Part shown: positions 58,718 through 64,000 of the stretch, piece by piece
Numbering within the stretch: position 1 is the first letter of the stretch
How the letters are laid out: the number at the start of each line of letters is the position of its first letter
Source: Pseudomonadota bacterium
Lineage (GTDB): Bacteria > Pseudomonadota > Alphaproteobacteria > Rhizobiales > Rhizobiaceae
DNA: 64,000 nt
Direction: 5' to 3'
Assembly (NCBI GenBank): GCA_039822005.1
Contig: JBCBMZ010000001.1
Location: 353,939 to 417,938, forward strand
Notes under the pieces: generated by a model
Told to the model about the DNA's origin: nothing
Seen by the model: the letters and a program-made list of their open reading frames with translations, nothing else
The model's database searches: none
Translations under genes and position numbers: made by a program

Positions 58718-59767
58718 ATGAATATTTTTCGAAGAACGTTTTTGGGCATGGCAGCGGGCGTCGCCGCAGCCGTGGTCACAACAGGCGCATCCTTTGCGCA
58801 ATCCATGCCCGCGCCACTCGACAACGCGGGAGACGTAAAAATCGCGCTTGTGCGTTACCTTTCGACCGGCGACTTTTTCCAAGCCTATTTGTCTGGCGTG
58901 GAAAAGCAGGCAGAAGCACTTGGCGTTGATTTGCGTGTCTTTGACAGCCGTCAGGATGCCGCTTTGCAAGCTGATATGGTCGACCAAGCAATTGCGCTCG
59001 GTGTTGATGGCATTGTTATCCAGCACGGTTTGACGGAAAGCATGAGAGAAGCGGCACAACGGGCAGTTGATGCAGGCATCAAGGTTGTCGCATTCGACGT
59101 CAACGTTGAAAATGACGCCATTCCGCAGATCGAACAGTCCGACTACCTCTTGGGCAAACTGGCGCTGGAGCAAGCCATCAAGGACAATGGCGATTCGTGG
59201 AACGCGGGATATGTCTATGTACCCGGCATCGCGCCACTCGACCGTCGCCATGTCGCTTGGGAGGAGGTGAAGGAAGCCAATCCGGGTATCGTCGAGAAGG
59301 CGCAAATGGGCACGCTCGACAATCCGATTGCCAACTCCAACGCCAATCAGGCGCGCTCTGTGCTTCAGGCCAACCCGGACATCAGCGTCTTTTTTGCCCC
59401 CTATGATGAGTTTGCCAAAGGCATCAAAATCGCGTTGGATGAAGCGGGCATGTCGTCTGATGTTTCCATCTATTCGGCAGACGTTTCGACCGCTGACATC
59501 AATTTGATGCGCGAGCCAGGCAGCGCCTGGAAGGCGACCGTTGCGACCAATCCTGCCGTCGTGGGGGAAGTGTCTGTGCGCGCCTTGGCGATCATGTTGA
59601 CCGGCGGTGACCCGGGTGCACAAGTTGTTGTACCACCGACCCTCATTACGCAGGAATTCCTGAACGAGAACAACATCACCAACATGGAAACCCTGTCAGC
59701 CCAGATGCCACAGTTTGCCCATGCCGATGTGGCGATGACCGATTGGATGCCTTTGCCATCGCGCTAA
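58718..59767 (+). CDS. Periplasmic sugar-binding protein (RbsB/family 2-like)
   Basis: Signal peptide (RRTFLGMAAGVAAAVVTTGASFA) and a periplasmic-binding fold pattern (KIALV...DGIVIQHG). Confidence 0.85.
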   Translation: MNIFRRTFLGMAAGVAAAVVTTGASFAQSMPAPLDNAGDVKIALVRYLSTGDFFQAYLSGVEKQAEALGVDLRVFDSRQDAALQADMVDQAIALGVDGIVIQHGLTESMREAAQRAVDAGIKVVAFDVNVENDAIPQIEQSDYLLGKLALEQAIKDNGDSWNAGYVYVPGIAPLDRRHVAWEEVKEANPGIVEKAQMGTLDNPIANSNANQARSVLQANPDISVFFAPYDEFAKGIKIALDEAGMSSDVSIYSADVSTADINLMREPGSAWKATVATNPAVVGEVSVRALAIMLTGGDPGAQVVVPPTLITQEFLNENNITNMETLSAQMPQFAHADVAMTDWMPLPSR

Positions 59768-59779
59768 AGGGATCCTCCC

Positions 59780-59819
59780 GGAGCGGGGTCACGGCTTCGG
59801 CTGTGGCTCCGTTTCTTTT
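59780..59819 (+). terminator. Intra-operon hairpin plus T-tract between the binding-protein gene and the fucU-like gene
   Basis: GGAGC...CACGGC-TTCG-GCTGTG-GCTCC stem (one bulge and one G-T pair), followed by TTTCTTTT. Confidence 0.45.
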
Positions 59820-59840
59820 GATGCAGGGCAGGAGAGGAAA

Positions 59841-60284
59841 ATGCTGAAGGGTATTGACCCCCGTATAACGCCGGAACTGATGGATTGCCTTGTTCGGTTG
59901 GGCCATGGCGATGAGATCGTGATCGCGGACCGCAATTATCCGTCCGCCTCTACCGCTTCCGACTGTGTGATGCCGGACGTCATTCGCATGCCTGGCATGT
60001 CCGCCCTCGAGGTGGTCGAGTTGATCACACAGCTGATGCCGATTGACAATTTTGCCGATTATGGTGCGTTGCGCATGGAAGAAGATGGGAAGCCCGATTT
60101 CCAAAATGACTGCCACAGGCAAGTGTTCGATGTGTTGCGCCAAGTCGCGCCTGAAGGAACGCATTTAAAAAGCATCGAGCGGCAGGATTTTTATGCGCAT
60201 GCCCGCAGCGCATTTGCCGTGATTTCCTGCTCGGAAGACCGGCCATTCGGGTGCTTTATTTTAAGGGCGGGTGTGGTTTTTTGA
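59841..60284 (+). CDS. RbsD/FucU-family sugar mutarotase/pyranase
   Basis: 147 aa. The N-terminus MLKGIDPRITPELMDCLVRLGHGDEIVIADRNYP matches the FucU/RbsD signature (GHGDE.V..D.N.P). Confidence 0.8.
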   Translation: MLKGIDPRITPELMDCLVRLGHGDEIVIADRNYPSASTASDCVMPDVIRMPGMSALEVVELITQLMPIDNFADYGALRMEEDGKPDFQNDCHRQVFDVLRQVAPEGTHLKSIERQDFYAHARSAFAVISCSEDRPFGCFILRAGVVF

Positions 60285-60337
60285 AGGGCAGTGGTCGGTG
60301 GTGGTTTTGACGGCGGCTATCGAGGCCAAACTGACGT

Positions 60338-61837
60338 TCAGCGAGTTGCGGTTGCTTCCATTTTGTCACTTATTTGCCCGAGAGCTTGACTGACACCGCG
60401 ATCCTTAAGTGTTTCAACCGATCGCTCAAATGCGGCTGCAAAGCGAACGTTGTTTGCAAGGTCGCCAAAATACTTCTGTTGTGAAATCCAGAAAATTGGT
60501 TTTTTCAACGATATTTGCGCTGCAGACTTAAGACCTCCTGCCGACGGATCATTGGGTGCGATCTTTGAGCCGTCTTCGCGTATGCCAAGACAATAGCGCA
60601 TCCATAGCGCGCTCATAAGGGCCAGGCACTCAACCGGATGACCGTTTGCCAAGGCATCGCGAATAGAAGGGACAATAAAACCTGATTGTCGGCTGGAGCC
60701 GTCGAAAGCAACGCGCCGCGTTGTATCGATAATCTCCGGGTTTGAAAAACGTCTTTCAATCAGATCCAAATATGCTGATGGCGTCATACCCTCTACGGGC
60801 CGAACGTTAGGGACGATCTCTTGGATCATCGTCTGGTTGAAAAACCCACGGATCCCAACATGGCTCATGGAATCGGAAATTGTTTCAATACCCAGAAGAT
60901 CACCGGGAATAGATACGATCTGATGGCCACCGTTCAGGACACGTAACTTCATCGCCTCATAGGCATGAACTTGATCGGAAAAAGTAGCGCCGACCATGTC
61001 CCAGTCAGGACGCCCGGCACAAAAACTATCTTCGATTACCCATTGGCGGAAGTTTTCATGGGTTACGGGCGCCACATCATCGACGCCAAAATTGTGCGCC
61101 AAAGCTAGTTCATGGCGACCCGTGGCCGGTACAATGCAGTCAACCATGGAGTTGGGGAATGTGCAGTTCTTGTCGATCCAAGAAGCCAGTTCAGGGTCGG
61201 ACAATTCGGCAAGCGAAACGATTGTAAGGTGAAGGATGGCGCCATTGCCCTGCAAATTGTCGCAAGACAGGGCGGTGAAAGGTCCGATACCCGTATCACG
61301 TCTTCGTTTAAGAGCGGCAACCATGGCACCAAAAGCGGTTCGCGGCGCGTTCGGATTTGCGCCGTCATGGACAATGTCGGGATGGCTCGCGTCAAAGCCG
61401 CCGGTTGCCGGGTCAGTATAGTACCCGCCTTCGGTGACCGTCAGCGAGACAATGCGAATGTCTGGCTGCGTCATACGTTCAATCAGCGAAGCATTGTTTG
61501 GTTCAACGGGTACGAAATCGATCATCGACCCGGTGATCTCAGCTGACTTGCCGGATGGATCGAGCTCTATGAGGGTCGTGAGGCAGTCCTGCGCAAGCAA
61601 GCGTTCACGCTGAATGGCATCAGCTGGTCGAACGCCTGCACCGACAATGGCCCAATCGTGTGCGAGACCCATCTCCATGAGACGATGCAAATACCAAGCT
61701 TGATGGGCACGATGGAAATTGCCCAATCCGATGTGCACGATGCCAGCGCTCAGGCCACTTCGGTTATAGTTCGGCACTTTCACATGGGACGGAATCTGCC
61801 CAAGCGTTGCGTCGCGCAGTGGAACTAGCTCATCCAT
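60338..61837 (-). CDS. mtlK: Mannitol dehydrogenase family (mannitol 2-dehydrogenase-like)
   Basis: GLGNFHRAHQAWY N-terminal motif and a length of 499 aa. It lies downstream of smoS, as in the Rhodobacter and rhizobial smo operons. Confidence 0.8.
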   Translation of the reverse strand: MDELVPLRDATLGQIPSHVKVPNYNRSGLSAGIVHIGLGNFHRAHQAWYLHRLMEMGLAHDWAIVGAGVRPADAIQRERLLAQDCLTTLIELDPSGKSAEITGSMIDFVPVEPNNASLIERMTQPDIRIVSLTVTEGGYYTDPATGGFDASHPDIVHDGANPNAPRTAFGAMVAALKRRRDTGIGPFTALSCDNLQGNGAILHLTIVSLAELSDPELASWIDKNCTFPNSMVDCIVPATGRHELALAHNFGVDDVAPVTHENFRQWVIEDSFCAGRPDWDMVGATFSDQVHAYEAMKLRVLNGGHQIVSIPGDLLGIETISDSMSHVGIRGFFNQTMIQEIVPNVRPVEGMTPSAYLDLIERRFSNPEIIDTTRRVAFDGSSRQSGFIVPSIRDALANGHPVECLALMSALWMRYCLGIREDGSKIAPNDPSAGGLKSAAQISLKKPIFWISQQKYFGDLANNVRFAAAFERSVETLKDRGVSQALGQISDKMEATATR

Positions 61838-62598
61838 TGGCCACCATCCACATTATAGGTCTGGGCAACGATGTAGTTGGCTTCATCACTTGCAAGAAAC
61901 ACAGCCATACCGGTCAGGTCGTCGGGGGTGCCCATGCGTCCGAATGGTACGCCTGCGCCGACCTCCTTCTTTTTCTGACCGGGCGCCTTTTTTTCGAACT
62001 TGGCGAAAATGGCGTCCACACCGTCCCAGTGCTCGCCATCAACCACACCTGGCGAGATCGCGTTCACGTTGATGCCATGTTTGATGAGATCAAGGCCAGC
62101 CGATTGGGTGAGCGAAATGACGGCCGCTTTGGTCGCGCAATAGATAGCCACCAAGGGTTCGCCGCGACGACCCGCTTGGCTAGCCATATTGATGATCTTC
62201 CCTTTGATGCCATAGTCGACCATGTGCCGAGCAACGGCTTGCATCGTAAATAGCGTGCCAGACACATTGATTGAGAATGTCCGGTCAAAATCACGTCGTT
62301 CAATCTCCACGATCGGTGCGGCGGTAAAGATCGCGGCGTTGTTGATCAAAATGTCGATCTGGCCAAAACTCCTTACACACTCGTCGACTGTGTCATCTAT
62401 GCTCTCTTGTGACGTGACATCCAGCTTGACCGCGGTAGCATGATCACCGATTTCAGCTGCGGTGTCTTGCGCGCCGACAAAGTCGATGTCGGCAATAGCG
62501 ACCCGCGCACCTTCTCGTACATAGGCCTGCGCAAATGCCTTGCCGATGCCTCGTGCGGCACCGGTTATGACTGCGGTTTTGCCAGCCAAACGGTGCAT
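61825..62598 (-). CDS. smoS: SDR-family sorbitol (L-iditol) dehydrogenase
   Basis: TGAARGIG, NNAA and YCATK motifs. The operon context supports the call. Confidence 0.8.
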   Translation of the reverse strand: MHRLAGKTAVITGAARGIGKAFAQAYVREGARVAIADIDFVGAQDTAAEIGDHATAVKLDVTSQESIDDTVDECVRSFGQIDILINNAAIFTAAPIVEIERRDFDRTFSINVSGTLFTMQAVARHMVDYGIKGKIINMASQAGRRGEPLVAIYCATKAAVISLTQSAGLDLIKHGINVNAISPGVVDGEHWDGVDAIFAKFEKKAPGQKKKEVGAGVPFGRMGTPDDLTGMAVFLASDEANYIVAQTYNVDGGQWMS

Positions 62599-63605
62599 CA
62601 GATGCGCAACCCCTTGTCGTCAAATTTGTGCACTTGGCTCGACTCCGGCGTCAGATAAACCGTATCCCCGTGGTCCACATTCATCTCTCCATCTGTGCGC
62701 ACCGTCATCGGGTCGCAGCCGCCGATGCCGTGTACATGCAGAAAGGTGTCGGAACCCAAATGCTCGGCGACCCCGACAGTGCCCTGCCACGCGCCTTTCG
62801 AGACTTTTGTTGACACTTTAATATGTTCCGGGCGCACACCAATCGATTGTCCGCCCAAACGACCAGCTTCTTCACCCTCGATAAAATTCATCTTCGGCGA
62901 ACCGATAAAACCGGCCACAAATTTGTTTGCAGGATGCTTGTAGAGCTCGAGCGGCGACCCAACTTGCTCGATCACGCCTGCTTGTAGCACCACGATCTTG
63001 TCGGCCATCGTCATGGCTTCCACCTGATCGTGCGTCACGTAAATCATCGTCGTGCCCAAACGATTGTGCATCTCGCTAATCTCAAGCCGCATACCCACGC
63101 GCAGCGCGGCGTCCAGGTTGGAAAGCGGTTCATCGAAAAGGAAGGCTGTCGGGTCGCGAACAATGGCCCGGCCGATGGCAACACGTTGTCGCTGGCCACC
63201 CGAGAGTTGCCCCGGCTTACGGTCTAGATAATCCGTCAGGTTCAGTGCTTTTGCAGCCGCCTCGATTTTGGCGTCTTGCTCTGCTTGCGGCATCCCGGCC
63301 ATCCGCATCGGGAACGCTATGTTCTTGCGAACCGTCATATGCGGATAAAGCGCATAGGTTTGGAACACCATGGCCAACCCGCGCTTGGATGGCGAAACCT
63401 CTGTTACATCCTGATCATTGATAAGGATGCGGCCTGACGTTGTTTCCTCAAGCCCGGCGATAAGTCGCAAAAGGGTAGACTTGCCGCAGCCGGAAGGTCC
63501 GACAAACACCGCAAACTCACGGTCTTCAATTGTCAGGTTGATCGGTGGAATGACTTGTGTTTCCCCGAAACTCTTGGTGACATTTTCTAAAACGATACGT
63601 CCCAT
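62598..63605 (-). CDS. smoK: Carbohydrate ABC transporter ATPase (MalK/UgpC-like)
   Basis: [23 protein letters not shown], and a C-terminal TOBE/MalK regulatory domain. Confidence 0.88.
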   Translation of the reverse strand: MGRIVLENVTKSFGETQVIPPINLTIEDREFAVFVGPSGCGKSTLLRLIAGLEETTSGRILINDQDVTEVSPSKRGLAMVFQTYALYPHMTVRKNIAFPMRMAGMPQAEQDAKIEAAAKALNLTDYLDRKPGQLSGGQRQRVAIGRAIVRDPTAFLFDEPLSNLDAALRVGMRLEISEMHNRLGTTMIYVTHDQVEAMTMADKIVVLQAGVIEQVGSPLELYKHPANKFVAGFIGSPKMNFIEGEEAGRLGGQSIGVRPEHIKVSTKVSKGAWQGTVGVAEHLGSDTFLHVHGIGGCDPMTVRTDGEMNVDHGDTVYLTPESSQVHKFDDKGLRI

Positions 63606-63614
63606 GTTCTTTTC

Positions 63615-64000
63615 CTATTTCACCGCACCGAAGGTGAGGCCTTGGACAAGTTGTTTCTGGCAGAACCAACCCAGTACAATGATCGGGCCAACGGCGGCGG
63701 TAGAGACAGCGGAAAGGCGGCCAAAAAAGAGCCCTTCCGGTGCACGGTTACCCTCTATGAGTTTGGAGAGTGTCGCCGCATCAGTCGTAGTCAGGCGCAC
63801 GGTCCAATAGGCTTCGTTCCAGCAGAAGATGAAAATCAGTAGTGCCGTCGAAGCGATGCCACCCCAAGCAAGCGGAATGAGGATTTCCTTGACCTCACCC
63901 CAAGTGGTTACGCCGTCCATTTGCCCCGCTTCAATGATCTCCTTGGGGATCTCCTTGAAGTAGGTAAAAAGCATCCAGATCGCGATCGGCAAATTGATCA
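63615..64000 (-). CDS. smoG: Carbohydrate ABC transporter permease, C-terminal part (truncated by the window edge)
   Basis: MalG-like C-terminal TM segments. The ORF runs off the window, and the track's internal Met is not the true start. Confidence 0.75.
   Translation of the reverse strand, partial: INLPIAIWMLFTYFKEIPKEIIEAGQMDGVTTWGEVKEILIPLAWGGIASTALLIFIFCWNEAYWTVRLTTTDAATLSKLIEGNRAPEGLFFGRLSAVSTAAVGPIIVLGWFCQKQLVQGLTFGAVK

Noticed and set aside
58712-59623. 303-aa minus-strand ORF.
   Set aside because: It is antisense to the sugar-binding-protein gene, which has a signal peptide and a family pattern.

Overview
Chromosomal segment of an alphaproteobacterium (Hyphomicrobiales/Rhodobacterales-like gene content, roughly 55-60% GC judged by eye). 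It is densely coding, with about 60 genes.

Main blocks, in order:
- 1-3.3 kb: LapG/BTLCP-like peptidase, mbfA and a YiiX-like gene.
- 3.3-9.2 kb: lepA, flanked on both sides by lower-GC orphan genes. One of them is a 686-aa membrane protein whose pentapeptide-repeat region is encoded by a 30-bp tandem DNA repeat.
- 9.8-19.6 kb: a complete Flp/Tad (Cpa/Ctp) pilus locus. The 50-aa Flp pilin gene is missing from the ORF track.
- 19.7-23.3 kb: M17 peptidase, a translationally coupled MarR plus NlpC/P60 pair, and ghrA.
- 23.3-31 kb: a yejABEF-type peptide importer with two tandem binding proteins.
- 31-35 kb: cycM-like cytochrome c, kdsB, pheA, nudC, a HIT protein and the 4.5S/SRP RNA.
- 36-44.6 kb: an orphan YjhX toxin homolog, then an operon of a ureohydrolase, a split transketolase and a RuBisCO-like protein (RLP), with an Fe3+/polyamine-type ABC system next to it.
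- 45.3-50.4 kb: mltB, recR, an EamA transporter, ybaB and dnaX.
- 50.5-60.3 kb: a fused aldolase/SDR, a SorC-family regulator, mtnA, mtnK, a ribose-type ABC importer and a FucU/RbsD gene.
- 60.3-64 kb: the 3' part of a smo/mtlK polyol operon.

Most interesting signal: the near-palindromic element TTGACAAATGTCA (a TTGAC-N4-GTCA core) sits about 45-50 nt upstream of the start codons of the transketolase/RLP operon, the SorC regulator and the sugar ABC importer. In the same intergenic regions it also lies upstream of the aldolase-SDR gene and of mtnK. This suggests one regulon joining an uncharacterised RLP/transketolase module to a 5-deoxy- or 5-methylthio-pentose (DHAP-shunt-like) module.

I recognised no tRNA, rRNA, CRISPR array, transposase or integrase.
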